From Thermodesulfobacteriota bacterium (GTDB lineage: Bacteria; Desulfobacterota; Desulfobacteria; Desulfobacterales; SURF-7): 64,000 nt of DNA. A program made the translations under genes and the position numbers. Location of the stretch: NCBI GenBank assembly GCA_049320885.1, contig JBMORA010000032.1, positions 1-64,000 on the forward strand. Direction: 5' to 3'. Shown piece after piece: positions 14,425-25,501 of the stretch; the stretch's first letter is position 1, and every line of letters starts with the position of its first letter. The notes under the pieces are model-generated. The model worked only from the letters and a program-made list of their open reading frames with translations, was not told where the DNA came from and made no database searches.

Positions 14425-14501
14425 TGGCAGGCCAGGCAGGACTTGAACCCGCAATCTTCGGATTTGGAGTCCGCTGCATTACCCAATTATGCTACTGGCC
14501 T
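14425..14501 (-). tRNA. tRNA-Trp(CCA)
   Basis: AGGCCAGTAGC...ACTCCAAATC...GGTTCAAGT...CCTGCCA; encoded CCA end. Confidence 0.95.
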
Positions 14502-14550
14502 GCAAGTAAAACACCCCGATACCGGCCAATTGTGCCGGCCCCGCCTCCTT

Positions 14551-14700
14551 CTACTTCGTTTCGCGGTGTTCCGTATGCCGTTGACAGAATCGGCAATATT
14601 TCTTAAACGCAAGCTTATCCGGCGTTGTCCGCTTGTTTTTGGTCGTTGTGTAGTTTCTTCTTTTGCATTCTGAACATGCAAGCGTAATAATCGTTCTCAC
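14551..14700 (-). CDS. rpmG: 50S ribosomal protein L33 (zinc-binding, C+ type); absent from the ORF track
   Basis: Manual translation from GTG 14700: [58 protein letters not shown] upstream. Confidence 0.95.
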   Translation of the reverse strand: MRTIITLACSECKRRNYTTTKNKRTTPDKLAFKKYCRFCQRHTEHRETK

Positions 14701-14720
14701 CGGCATACTCCCTTCGCCGT

Positions 14721-15914
<1,194 letters not shown>

Positions 15915-16026
15915 CTTCCCGTCCTCCCCTTTATTGATGGAATAAATCTGTTACAATTAACGGAATTGTTAAGAATATATCGATACAATCATATTTGGAC
16001 CCGCTTCCCATGCCGATAATGCTGGA

Positions 16027-16103
16027 TGGAGCCCACGATCGGAATCGAACCGATGAACCTCTTCCTTACCAAGGAAGCGCTCTACCGTCTGAGCTACGTG
16101 GGC
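16027..16103 (-). tRNA. tRNA-Thr(GGT)
   Basis: GCCCACGTAGCTCAG...CTTGGTAAG...GGTTCGATTCC...GTGGGCTCCA. Confidence 0.95.
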
Positions 16104-16160
16104 ATCTCCATAACCGCACCCCCAGCCAGCGCAACCGCCAGGGCGAAAACAAATCCGAAT

Positions 16161-16236
<76 letters not shown>

Positions 16237-16386
16237 TGATAATCTGGTCATCGCATGTCACCATTCGCCACCGGGCAACAGGATAAAGGCAACTTCCGAT
16301 CTCGGAAGGCGCCATGCAGGCAGTCACGCAGTTTCATTGACTCCGGTCGGCAACCGGAGTCTCCTGCATTCGACTTGCGATGAGGT

Positions 16387-16471
16387 TGGTGGTGGGGGGA
16401 GGATTTGAACCTCCGAAGGCACTGCCGACAGATTTACAGTCTGTTCCCTTTGACCACTCGGGAACCCCACC
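16387..16471 (-). tRNA. tRNA-Tyr(GTA)
   Basis: GGTGGGGTTCCCGAGTGG...ACTGTAAAT; long variable arm; ...CCCACCACCA; 85 nt. Confidence 0.95.
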
Positions 16472-16483
16472 CTATTCAATGCC

Positions 16484-16560
16484 TGGAGCCAACGGAGGGA
16501 ATCGAACCCACGACCTACTGATTACAAATCAGTTGCTCTGCCTAGCTGAGCTACGTTGGC
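16484..16560 (-). tRNA. tRNA-Thr(TGT)
   Basis: GCCAACGTAGCTCAG...ATTTGTAAT...GGTTCGATTCC...TTGGCTCCA. Confidence 0.95.
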
Positions 16561-16593
16561 CCAAACAACGAACAGACAATCAACAAATCAGTT

Positions 16594-16623
16594 CTTATAA
16601 ACAAAGCCCGTCCTTGTTGTCAA
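16594..16623 (-). promoter_or_regulatory. Sigma70-type promoter of the tRNA-tuf operon
   Basis: Minus strand TTGACA (16623-16618), 18 nt, TATAAG (16599-16594). Confidence 0.6.
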
Positions 16624-16664
16624 GAGACTTTTTTTATTTTTTGCCGGTTCAATATAATCAAGAC

Positions 16665-16693
16665 TTGCTAAATATCGCGGTATATACTATTAT
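16665..16693 (+). promoter_or_regulatory. Possible divergent sigma70 promoter for the MltD-like gene
   Basis: TTGCTA, 17 nt, TATTAT. Confidence 0.45.
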
Positions 16694-16712
16694 TGTGCGG
16701 TGACATTGGCCG

Positions 16713-18650
16713 GTGACAGTTACAGCAGATGGTGACGATCAGGACGGACTTCCACCACGGGTGGTTCTTAACCCCAACCGATCAGACGAATGTGGGATAT
16801 ACACAGTGACGAACATGGTGCCTTTTTTATCTCAAAATACTAGCTGGTTATGCTCCCGTTTCCGCAATATTCATTCCCCCAAGACGATTTTTCTCGTCAT
16901 ATCGCTGCTCGCACTAGCGGCTTGCGGAACCCATGGTCCCCAAACCAACGCAAGACCACCGTTCACCATCGATGCGGCTCGATTTGAAACCGAGGGCTCG
17001 GAACTCCCGGACAGCCGCTACGCCTCCACCGCGGGTGACGATGAAGCGCCGCCGGATGAGACCAGCCCGTCTGCCCTTTCTTCCTATGGCAATGTCCCGA
17101 ACCCTGTCCTGGATAAAGCCCTTGACTTGTGCCAGGTGGCCCAGAACTATTGGCATAAAGGGGAGCTTGACAACGCCCTGCAGACCCTTGACGAAGCCTA
17201 TGCGTCTATCCTGGAAGTCGATACAACCCATAACCCAAAATTATTTCAACAAAAAGAGGACCTGCGTTTTCTGATTTCCAAACGAATCCTGGAAATATAC
17301 GCCTCCCGTCACGTGGTTGCCAACGGCTCCCACAAAGAGATTCCGCTGACGATGAACAAGCACGTTCAGATGGAAATCGACCTGTTTACAAAAAACAAGC
17401 TGTTGCGTGATTTTTTCATCGCATCCTATGGGCGTTCCGGAAGGTACCGTCCCTATATTGTCAAGCAGTTAAAAGCCGCCGGGATGCCGGAAAGCCTTTC
17501 CTGGCTGCCGCTTATCGAAAGTGGCTTCAAGACCGGCGCGCTTTCAAAGGCAAGAGCGCTGGGATTGTGGCAGTTCATTCCCTCCACCGGGTATAAGTTC
17601 GGCCTCAACCGGGACACGTATGTGGATGAACGCATGGATCCCATCAAAGCCACCGATGCGGCAATCGCGTATTTAAAGGAATTGCATCAAATTTTCGGCG
17701 ACTGGACCACCGTGCTTGCGGCCTACAACTGCGGGGAAGGCCGCGTGCTTCAGATCATCCGTACCCAGAACGTCAATTATCTGGATAATTTCTGGGATTT
17801 GTACGAACGCCTGCCTGCTGAAACCGCCCGTTATGTTCCGCAATTTTTGGCCACCCTGCACATCATTGGAAATCTCAAAAAATATGGGATGGATGGCCTG
17901 ACCACCGAGCCGGAAATGACCTTTGAGACCATTGAGGTGGCGCGGTCGGTCTCCCTTGGTCAAGTCGCCTCCTTTGCCAAACTGAATGCCGTGGATTTGA
18001 TCCAGCTCAACCCGGAACTGCGTCTCAAGCAATTACCGCCGGATCCGTATCGACTGCGCATACCGGTGGGGGCCCAGGAAATGGTTTTGGCGGGAATCAA
18101 CAAACTTCCGGTTTCCCGACCGCCGACCTCCCCAAAAACGATTGCATATCATAAAATTCAACGAGGTCAGACGCTTTTCAGCATCGCCCTGAAATACGGC
18201 ACCACCGTGCGGGCCATCACCCGGGCTAATAATCTTAACAAACGAAGCATGCTGGTAGCTGGCACCGTCCTCAAAATACCCGTGCGCGGCTCCATGGCCC
18301 TGCGGGAATCCTCTTCGCCGCCGGTTGTCTGCCGCGCCGCCAATCACACGGTCAGAAGCGGCGATTCGCTCTGGAACATTGCCAAACAATACGGCACCAC
18401 AACCCAGGCGATCAAAAAACTGAATCAACTGCCGGATACGGGACTGACCGTGGGCCAGGTTTTGAAAATTCCGGGGGTTCCCAAAACAACCTCCCGACGC
18501 AATACGGCAAAAGTGTATCATGTCAAACCCGGCGACAGCGCTTTCACCATTGCAACAAGACATAACATGTCGCTGTCGCAATTCCTGTCACGCAATAAAT
18601 TGGCCGCCCACAGCAAGATTTACCCTGGTCAGCAGCTGTTTGTGGATTGA
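16713..18650 (+). CDS. MltD-like lytic murein transglycosylase (SLT domain plus three LysM domains), probable lipoprotein; true start probably downstream of 16713
   Basis: LPLIESGF, GLWQFIP, AAYNCGEG SLT motifs; LysM repeats (HKIQRGQTL, HTVRSGDSL, YHVKPGDS); lipobox-like LAAC. Confidence 0.9.
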   Translation: MTVTADGDDQDGLPPRVVLNPNRSDECGIYTVTNMVPFLSQNTSWLCSRFRNIHSPKTIFLVISLLALAACGTHGPQTNARPPFTIDAARFETEGSELPDSRYASTAGDDEAPPDETSPSALSSYGNVPNPVLDKALDLCQVAQNYWHKGELDNALQTLDEAYASILEVDTTHNPKLFQQKEDLRFLISKRILEIYASRHVVANGSHKEIPLTMNKHVQMEIDLFTKNKLLRDFFIASYGRSGRYRPYIVKQLKAAGMPESLSWLPLIESGFKTGALSKARALGLWQFIPSTGYKFGLNRDTYVDERMDPIKATDAAIAYLKELHQIFGDWTTVLAAYNCGEGRVLQIIRTQNVNYLDNFWDLYERLPAETARYVPQFLATLHIIGNLKKYGMDGLTTEPEMTFETIEVARSVSLGQVASFAKLNAVDLIQLNPELRLKQLPPDPYRLRIPVGAQEMVLAGINKLPVSRPPTSPKTIAYHKIQRGQTLFSIALKYGTTVRAITRANNLNKRSMLVAGTVLKIPVRGSMALRESSSPPVVCRAANHTVRSGDSLWNIAKQYGTTTQAIKKLNQLPDTGLTVGQVLKIPGVPKTTSRRNTAKVYHVKPGDSAFTIATRHNMSLSQFLSRNKLAAHSKIYPGQQLFVD

Positions 18651-18656
18651 TCCGGT

Positions 18657-20144
18657 TCAGGGAAAATTCCTGGAAATCGTTCCAGCATTGATATGGGCGA
18701 ATGTCAGCACCTGGGGTTCAACCCGGGTGTAAAAATAGATATACCCTTGGGCAATATCCCCCGGCTTCAATTCCGCCACCAATTCTCTGCTGAAATTATT
18801 GTATTTATATTCTTTTTCATCCTTCCCCAACATGGTGAAAAAATCGATGTTGGTAAAGAATGAATCCTTGCCGACATTTTTTATCCAAACATAAATTTTG
18901 CGCTGTCCACCGGTGGCGCCTCCGGTTACACCATCATCCCGGAGAGCCATATGAACGGTTTCATTGCCTTCAAAAAACAGCAGCTCCGCGGTTTTCAATG
19001 CCGACAACGCTTTGACGTATTCCTTTTTATCGCCTTCCAATTCGATGGCTTTGGCGATACATGCCATGGCGGTTTGAAGTTCAGCGCGGCTGGGGGTTTT
19101 AATTTTCAGGAAATCATTGACCGCCTGGAAATTTTCCTCGGCAAATTTTTGCCGGTAAAATTCCAGTTTTTCCGCATACAGCTTATTCTCCGGGTCCATC
19201 TGGTTGAGTTGAAGAAATATATCAAAGTTCCGCTGATAATCATCGGCCGAAATGTCGTTTGTTGTGTCAAACAGCTTGATTTCAAACAGATAGTCGTTGA
19301 TCTTCTTCACTTCGTCCGTCAAGGCCGGAATGCTGTACCGCCGGACTTCCTCCTCAAAAAAATCGAACTTCCTGCCATCGATCAATGCCCGCAAATAAGC
19401 AATAATCTCCGGTTTGTTCTCCTGGAATCGTGCCGCGATCCTTTGATGCTCCTCAAGCTGTCTCTGTTGGGCCTCCGCCTGTTCCGCAACCGCACGGCTC
19501 CTTTCCACCCTGGCTTGCCAGAAACGCATCACCACCACCGTACCGGCAATGACAACCAGTATGGCTGCCGCTGGCAGCAGCCGACGGGTCAGTTTTCCCA
19601 GGTTTCGGGTGAAAAGTTCTGTTTTTTTCAATTTCGGAGGTGCCACGGTTTCCAACGCTGGCTCGGGATCAGCGGCCGTGATCGGCACCTTCATCTCCGC
19701 CGACTTTCGCAAAATTTCTTTTTCACGCCTGGCACGCTCTTCGGCGATTCCCTTTTCGGCTTCCCGTTGAACCCTGGCCTTTTCTTCCGCGAATCGGCGC
19801 GCTTCATCCTGTTTTCTGGCGGCGTCCTCGGCCTTTTTTTTAGCCAGCAGCTGCTCGTGCTTTTCATATATGACACCGCAATTGGAACAGTCCCGGGCAT
19901 CAACGTAACGCGGGCCATGGCATTTCGGACATTCGCCTGCGATCTTTCGACCCGCCTGAATTCCCGGTACTGCGGCGGCCGGTGTTTCCAGCTGGCGATC
20001 CCCCGGCGATTCGGCCTGCTGGGATCTCAATTTCATCATTTTTTTCTCGGCGACCTGTTGTTCCCACAGTTTGAAATCAAGACCGCACATCACACAATTG
20101 GCGTCTTCCGGTTGACGCTCGTAACCACATTTGGGACAATCCAT
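18657..20144 (-). CDS. Hypothetical membrane-anchored protein with two N-terminal zinc ribbons
   Basis: CPKC...CVMC and CPKC...CSNC, a charged coiled coil, one TM segment, then helical and beta-rich C-terminal regions. Start set to MDCPKC. Confidence 0.7.
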   Translation of the reverse strand: MDCPKCGYERQPEDANCVMCGLDFKLWEQQVAEKKMMKLRSQQAESPGDRQLETPAAAVPGIQAGRKIAGECPKCHGPRYVDARDCSNCGVIYEKHEQLLAKKKAEDAARKQDEARRFAEEKARVQREAEKGIAEERARREKEILRKSAEMKVPITAADPEPALETVAPPKLKKTELFTRNLGKLTRRLLPAAAILVVIAGTVVVMRFWQARVERSRAVAEQAEAQQRQLEEHQRIAARFQENKPEIIAYLRALIDGRKFDFFEEEVRRYSIPALTDEVKKINDYLFEIKLFDTTNDISADDYQRNFDIFLQLNQMDPENKLYAEKLEFYRQKFAEENFQAVNDFLKIKTPSRAELQTAMACIAKAIELEGDKKEYVKALSALKTAELLFFEGNETVHMALRDDGVTGGATGGQRKIYVWIKNVGKDSFFTNIDFFTMLGKDEKEYKYNNFSRELVAELKPGDIAQGYIYFYTRVEPQVLTFAHINAGTISRNFP

Positions 20145-20351
20145 ACGCCACCCCGCTCGCGCAACTCTGCGCTTCCATGATCTTGACATATCGAATTCAA
20201 TTTATTGGTAAAGCACCAGACGGGTCCGCCATTGTCACCCTCCCGCCGTTCCATTGCCACCGGCCTTGGATGATTTTGGTAAAATAATGATTACAGTGTT
20301 TTAAAACAAAAATCAACCCCGTCCAAACAGATTTCCCTAGCGCTAATCCGT

Positions 20352-20380
20352 TTGACTTTTCATAGGCGAATCATTATCCT
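20352..20380 (+). promoter_or_regulatory. Possible sigma70 promoter
   Basis: TTGACT, 17 nt, TATCCT, 40 nt before the ATG at 20420. Confidence 0.5.
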
Positions 20381-20419
20381 ACTTGAAACCATAACCAACC
20401 AAACCATCGGGGAAACGCA

Positions 20420-22756
20420 ATGAGAACAAATACGATCCTGATTCTTGCAGGTTTTTTTTTCGTCTGCTGCGCCACGGCCCAGGCCGTGCAACAGACCAGT
20501 CCTTCCAACCGCTGGCCTTATGACGCACCCAAGGCCATCGCGGTGAGTGACGACTATGTATTTTTCGGCACCGGCAACATCGTCCGGTTTTACGACAAGG
20601 AGACCCTGTATAAAAACCGGGATATCCTTATCGACACCAGCGAAGGAATCACTGGTCTGCATTATGACGCAACCAGCCGTTATCTGTATGTCACGAGCGG
20701 CCACAGCGGGCTGTACAAGATCGACACCGCCAATCCAGGGGCCGCTCCCGTCAATTATATCGTCAAGGGAAACTCCCACAGCGAATACAGTGACGACGCC
20801 AGCACCAGAACAGAACCCGATAAGGCCATTATTCCGCGTTCCAGGGGAGTCTATATCGCCAACGGCACCGCCTATGTTCCCTATACAAAAATCATCGCCA
20901 ACAGCAACGCGGCTTCCGGCATCGAGCTGGTCAATGTCTCCGGCACCGGCGATATGAACCGGATCAGCGCCGCGGACATACCCAGCGGAGTCACCATTTT
21001 CACCGATGCACGTGGCGTTGGCCTATACGGCAACACCGCATTTCTGATAGACGTCGTAAACGGCCTGGTCGGATTCAATCTCACCGATCCTGCCAATCCG
21101 GTGGGTGTTTACTGGGATAATTACATCTGGATCGTTTCGAAATCGATTTTGGATGTCGCAATTCAAGACACATATGCTTATTCGGCCGGCGGCGCTGTCG
21201 GATTGTGGATCGGCGCCATCGGGCAGTGGATTGCCGACCCAACCAATACCAATGGGAACGACCTGATTCCATCGACGTTTTTGTATAACGGCGCCATGAA
21301 ATACACCGACGGAACCAATGTGCTGGACAGCAGCAGGCAGCCGGTCAGCAATCCCGTTGAAGCCCGCAGCATATCGGTCAACGGCAATTACGCTTACATA
21401 GCCGATGCACGCACCAACATAGACGACTATCTCGAGCTCATCGAAGTAACGCCGGATCCCTCGAAAACCATCGTGCCGGTGGATTCCGGCCTCCGAATCA
21501 TCAACGTTGAAGACAGAGCCAATCCGCGGATCGTCGGAACATACAACGCCGATTTCGCCAGCGTCTACAGCGTCTGTTATGCCGATTCGACTGTCTACCT
21601 GGCGGATCGTATCGGCGGTCTAGTGAAAATCAATGTCGCCACACCGGAGGCGCCGACGCCGCTGGCATCCCAAACCGAGACCCCGGCCAATTGTCATAAA
21701 CTGCTCTTGTTTACTGAGTCCAATACCAGCGATAAGAACCTGTATGCCTATGCGCTGGATTCCAACGGCGCCGAAGAGGGACTCCGAATTCTGAGATTCA
21801 CCCAGGAAGGCGGCATCGCTGATTCCGAATTCAGCAACATTCAGCTGCAAAGCTTCACAAAGACACCGGGAGAGGCCCGGGACGTTTTCGTCGCTGAGGT
21901 CGGTCGAGACAATACCTATAATGTCTATGCTTTTATAGCGGACGGCAGCAACGGTCTTCTGATTTACAATGTTGATCAAAAGAACCTGGCCAATCGCACG
22001 CCCATTAATTCCGATACCCTCCTCGGTTCAGGCCTTACCCAGGCCCAAGCCATCGACTCGGCGGATATTTCCAACACCTTTATCTTTGTCGCCGACGGCA
22101 CCAATGGGCTGCGATCCGTCCGGGTTTCCGACAAAACCGCCCCCACTATCGAAAGAACGGTGGATACCCCCGGGACCGCCAAAGACCTGCTTCACACCGG
22201 CAACTATATCTACGTCGCCGACGGAGAAGCGGGGCTCCAGATTCTTTATTACGCCAATGATCCGAAAGACATGGACATCATCGGTGGCACCGACACACCC
22301 GGTGACGCCAAGGGGATCGATATCTGGGGAAGCTATGTCTATATCGCCGATGGATCGGCCGGCCTGCAAATCGTGGATGTGCGCAAGCCTACGGAGCCGT
22401 CCATTGTGGCCCATTTCCCCACTGTGGACGCATCCGCGGTCTGGGTGAACAGGCCAGCGGACACCACCCTCAATCCGGGTCAAAAGGTCTATGCCTATGT
22501 GGCGGACGGAACCGGCGGCATCCTGACCGTGGATGTCACCCAGCCGGACAGTCCCAAGGAGGTCAGCGGCTGGTCCCATGACACCATCGGCACCGCCACG
22601 GATATCTCTGTCAATCAAATCGGCACCCGCGCCGTCGTGGCGGACGGCAAGGGCGGTCTCTCCGTCCTGGCCTTTTCCGATACCCAACCCGTTGACAATT
22701 CCGACGGCGAGTCCGAAGAGCTCGACAACGGCTGCTTCATCGACACGGTTTTGTAA
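20420..22756 (+). CDS. Secreted LVIVD-repeat beta-propeller protein with a C-terminal GCFI tail
   Basis: Signal peptide (AQA); repeated TPGxAxD...Y(I/V)ADGxxGLxI(V)D units; ends ...ELDNGCFIDTVL. Confidence 0.85.
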   Translation: MRTNTILILAGFFFVCCATAQAVQQTSPSNRWPYDAPKAIAVSDDYVFFGTGNIVRFYDKETLYKNRDILIDTSEGITGLHYDATSRYLYVTSGHSGLYKIDTANPGAAPVNYIVKGNSHSEYSDDASTRTEPDKAIIPRSRGVYIANGTAYVPYTKIIANSNAASGIELVNVSGTGDMNRISAADIPSGVTIFTDARGVGLYGNTAFLIDVVNGLVGFNLTDPANPVGVYWDNYIWIVSKSILDVAIQDTYAYSAGGAVGLWIGAIGQWIADPTNTNGNDLIPSTFLYNGAMKYTDGTNVLDSSRQPVSNPVEARSISVNGNYAYIADARTNIDDYLELIEVTPDPSKTIVPVDSGLRIINVEDRANPRIVGTYNADFASVYSVCYADSTVYLADRIGGLVKINVATPEAPTPLASQTETPANCHKLLLFTESNTSDKNLYAYALDSNGAEEGLRILRFTQEGGIADSEFSNIQLQSFTKTPGEARDVFVAEVGRDNTYNVYAFIADGSNGLLIYNVDQKNLANRTPINSDTLLGSGLTQAQAIDSADISNTFIFVADGTNGLRSVRVSDKTAPTIERTVDTPGTAKDLLHTGNYIYVADGEAGLQILYYANDPKDMDIIGGTDTPGDAKGIDIWGSYVYIADGSAGLQIVDVRKPTEPSIVAHFPTVDASAVWVNRPADTTLNPGQKVYAYVADGTGGILTVDVTQPDSPKEVSGWSHDTIGTATDISVNQIGTRAVVADGKGGLSVLAFSDTQPVDNSDGESEELDNGCFIDTVL

Positions 22757-22764
22757 TTCCCGCC

Positions 22765-22801
22765 CCCCTCTGTTCTCCATCATGGGTGGAGAACAGAGGG
22801 G
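22765..22801. terminator. 15-bp stem-loop between convergent genes (probable terminator)
   Basis: CCCCTCTGTTCTCCA, 7-nt loop, TGGAGAACAGAGGGG. Confidence 0.65.
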
Positions 22802-22851
22802 TTGGAATGTTTTCTCTCCGCATCCAGCAGCGGGCCATCAGAAAGCCATCC

Positions 22852-24120
22852 TTATTCCGGCACCCGCCCCGACAGAAGCGTCAATTTCAAGCCGCCATGA
22901 AACAACGGTCGCCTTACGTGGGTCAGCCGTATGCACCGGGGCAGCAGATGGCCGGGCGCCAGCAGGGCAAACCGCCAGCCCCGGAAATCGGCAGTAATTT
23001 TTTTCAGGATTTCCCCAATCATTTTTTGGTTGCAGTCCTCCTGCCCCAACCGTTTGCCATAGGGTGGATTCAGGACGACGAGCCCCTCTTCCCGCTTGCC
23101 TTCCAGCCGGCTCAAGCGCAATTCGGCGATCAGGGATGGCGTCCAATCAAAAAAATTCCGTCGCAGCACCTGCACGCAAACGCCGAGTTCGTTCCCGGCC
23201 ACTGCCTCTGAAACCTTACGGACAGCCTCGGGATCCGTATCCGAACTCCAGATGACGGGCCGAGCAAGGGAAAGAAAAGCCCCTTCCGCCTTCCGCCGGA
23301 TATCCCGCCACCGCTCGGGTCTGAAGCAAGGCCAGTCCATAAATGCAAAAGAGCGGAACCATCCCGCCGGAATATTCCCGGCGATCATCGCCGCCTCGAA
23401 TGAAAACGTGCCGGATCCGCACATGGGATCGAGAAGGATCTGGCCCCCGTCATACTCCGCCAGCATCAGGACCGCGGCTGCGAGCGTTTCCCGCAGGGGC
23501 GCGCGACCGCCATGTTGTTTGAGCCCCCGTTTGTGCAGCAATGCACCGCTGCTGTCCAGGGATATCGTAAAAATATCCCCCTGACCCCGGACAAAAATTC
23601 CTGCCTCCCGGCCTGGCTCCTCCGCGGCTGGAGCCACCGCCGTTTCCAGCCGCTTTTGGATCTTCTCCGTAAAACAGTCGGCAAGAGCGCCGGTATGATG
23701 CAGTCGGCATTCCCGTGTACTCACGGAAACGCGGACCGCGGCGGATACCGGCAGATACAGCTCCCATGGAAATTCCGCCAGCTTTCTTCCCAGCTGCCGG
23801 AAATTGCCGGCCTGTAAACGGTCCAGCCTCATCAAAATGCGATTCGCGGTACGCAGATGCAGATTCGCCCGGTATCCCTCATGAACTTTCCCGTTGAAAG
23901 CCACGCCGCCGGCAACCGTCTCCGCGCTCTCAATTCCCAACACCGGCCCCTTGAGTTCCGCCAGACAAAGGTGCTCAAGTCCAGGTGATGTTGCGGCGAA
24001 AAATTCCTGGGGCCGGGAAATAACCCGGCGTTTGATACGTTTTGTCACAATTCCGTGATCCAATGGAATGTCCAACCGATTCATGAGAGGCCTTTCCAAC
24101 AAATGACGGTTGTTTGTCAA
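22852..24120 (-). CDS. THUMP-domain class I SAM RNA methyltransferase (RlmL/YpsC-like); start uncertain
   Basis: LHKRG...APLRETLAAA, DPMCGSGT, NPPYG. Confidence 0.85.
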   Translation of the reverse strand: MTNNRHLLERPLMNRLDIPLDHGIVTKRIKRRVISRPQEFFAATSPGLEHLCLAELKGPVLGIESAETVAGGVAFNGKVHEGYRANLHLRTANRILMRLDRLQAGNFRQLGRKLAEFPWELYLPVSAAVRVSVSTRECRLHHTGALADCFTEKIQKRLETAVAPAAEEPGREAGIFVRGQGDIFTISLDSSGALLHKRGLKQHGGRAPLRETLAAAVLMLAEYDGGQILLDPMCGSGTFSFEAAMIAGNIPAGWFRSFAFMDWPCFRPERWRDIRRKAEGAFLSLARPVIWSSDTDPEAVRKVSEAVAGNELGVCVQVLRRNFFDWTPSLIAELRLSRLEGKREEGLVVLNPPYGKRLGQEDCNQKMIGEILKKITADFRGWRFALLAPGHLLPRCIRLTHVRRPLFHGGLKLTLLSGRVPE

Positions 24121-24256
24121 TACTTATATGTTTTTTCGGATTGACAACTTCTCATAATCACGGCTTTTCCTTTCTGTAACGGAGATTGACAGACGGACCG
24201 GTTTTCTGTATCAAGACTCATACGATTTTGAACGCATCACGATTCGGAGGATCATC

Positions 24257-24733
24257 ATGGCAGGCATCAACAAGGCGATAATCGTCGGTCGTTTGGGAAG
24301 AGACCCTGAAATCCGATATACCCAGGATGGCAAAGCGGTGGCCAATTTCAGCATCGCGACATCGGATACCTGGAAAGACAAGGCGTCCGGAGAGAAAAAA
24401 GAGCGTACGGAATGGCATCGCATCGTGGCCTTTGACCGGCTGGGAGAAATCTGCGGTGAATATCTGTCAAAAGGCAAGCAGGTATATATTGAAGGCCGCC
24501 TGCAGACGCGCTCGTGGGAAAAAGACGGCGTCACCCGCTATACCACGGAAATCGTGGCAACGGACATGCAAATGCTTGGCGGACGAGAAACCGGATCCCA
24601 GGGGGGCGGCTACTCACCGGAAAGCGGTTCCGGAGATTTCGGCCACAGCCATGGTCCCGACAATGGGTTTAAAACAAGCTCCCCTGGCCCCATGGGAATA
24701 TCGGCGCCTCCGGAGGATGATATCCCCTTCTGA
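24257..24733 (+). CDS. ssb: Single-stranded DNA-binding protein
   Basis: [15 protein letters not shown]...TEWHRIV; C-terminal DDIPF. Confidence 0.98.
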   Translation: MAGINKAIIVGRLGRDPEIRYTQDGKAVANFSIATSDTWKDKASGEKKERTEWHRIVAFDRLGEICGEYLSKGKQVYIEGRLQTRSWEKDGVTRYTTEIVATDMQMLGGRETGSQGGGYSPESGSGDFGHSHGPDNGFKTSSPGPMGISAPPEDDIPF

Positions 24734-24806
24734 TTCCACCCCAGGGAAAGTCAATGGAATTGGATACGGCTGAATCGTCTGTTTCCCGGCACGAATGATT
24801 CAGCCG

Positions 24807-25433
24807 TCAAACCGGTACGCCCACGATTTCCTCGATCTCCCTCAGCCGCTGGACATGGTAGGCCGCCGACAGGGCCGGATTTCGATAAGCCACCAGCGGA
24901 ATACCGGCGGCCAGGGCGGCCTGTTCGTCCAAAGGGGAATCGCCCACATAAACGATTTCAGTTGAAACAACTTGAAAATATTCCAAAATTTTCAATAACG
25001 GGTCCGGCCATGGTTTCGGATGGGGCACGTCCCGGGCAGATACGACCAGATCGAAACATCCTTCCAGGCCGTGCTCTTGAAGCACCCGGTCCATGGTATC
25101 GGAACGATTGGTGGCAATGGCGGTTTTCCAGTTCGGCCGGAGTTTTTTCAGCAGCGGTTTCAGATCCGGCTCGATCTCCATCAGCGGTATCAGTTCGTAA
25201 TAGTTCATTTTTCTGCGAAAAATATCGGCCTCCCCGCGCACATCCGGCTCCGGAAACAGATGGTCCAGGGCCGCATCCACCGTATGCATATGCACAAAGG
25301 CAAATTGCTCCGGGGTCAACAACGGGCGGCCGAAATGGGCCAATATCCTGTTATAATACAGTTGATTCGAACGGGTGGTATCGAACATGACCCCGTCGCA
25401 ATCAAAGGCCACCACTTTGATCCTGCTGCTCAT
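24807..25433 (-). CDS. HAD-superfamily hydrolase (phosphoglycolate phosphatase-like)
   Basis: FDCDGV motif I, ATNR, KPWP, YVGDSPLD. Confidence 0.88.
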   Translation of the reverse strand: MSSRIKVVAFDCDGVMFDTTRSNQLYYNRILAHFGRPLLTPEQFAFVHMHTVDAALDHLFPEPDVRGEADIFRRKMNYYELIPLMEIEPDLKPLLKKLRPNWKTAIATNRSDTMDRVLQEHGLEGCFDLVVSARDVPHPKPWPDPLLKILEYFQVVSTEIVYVGDSPLDEQAALAAGIPLVAYRNPALSAAYHVQRLREIEEIVGVPV

Positions 25434-25501
25434 GAGCCGATGTTCATGGAATGCCGAAAGGCAGTATTATCAGCGAAAACCGTGATCCCCTCCACCGGCT
25501 T

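Noticed and set aside
14487..14681. 64-aa ORF in the track
   Set aside because: Wrong frame; the real gene is rpmG at 14551-14700.
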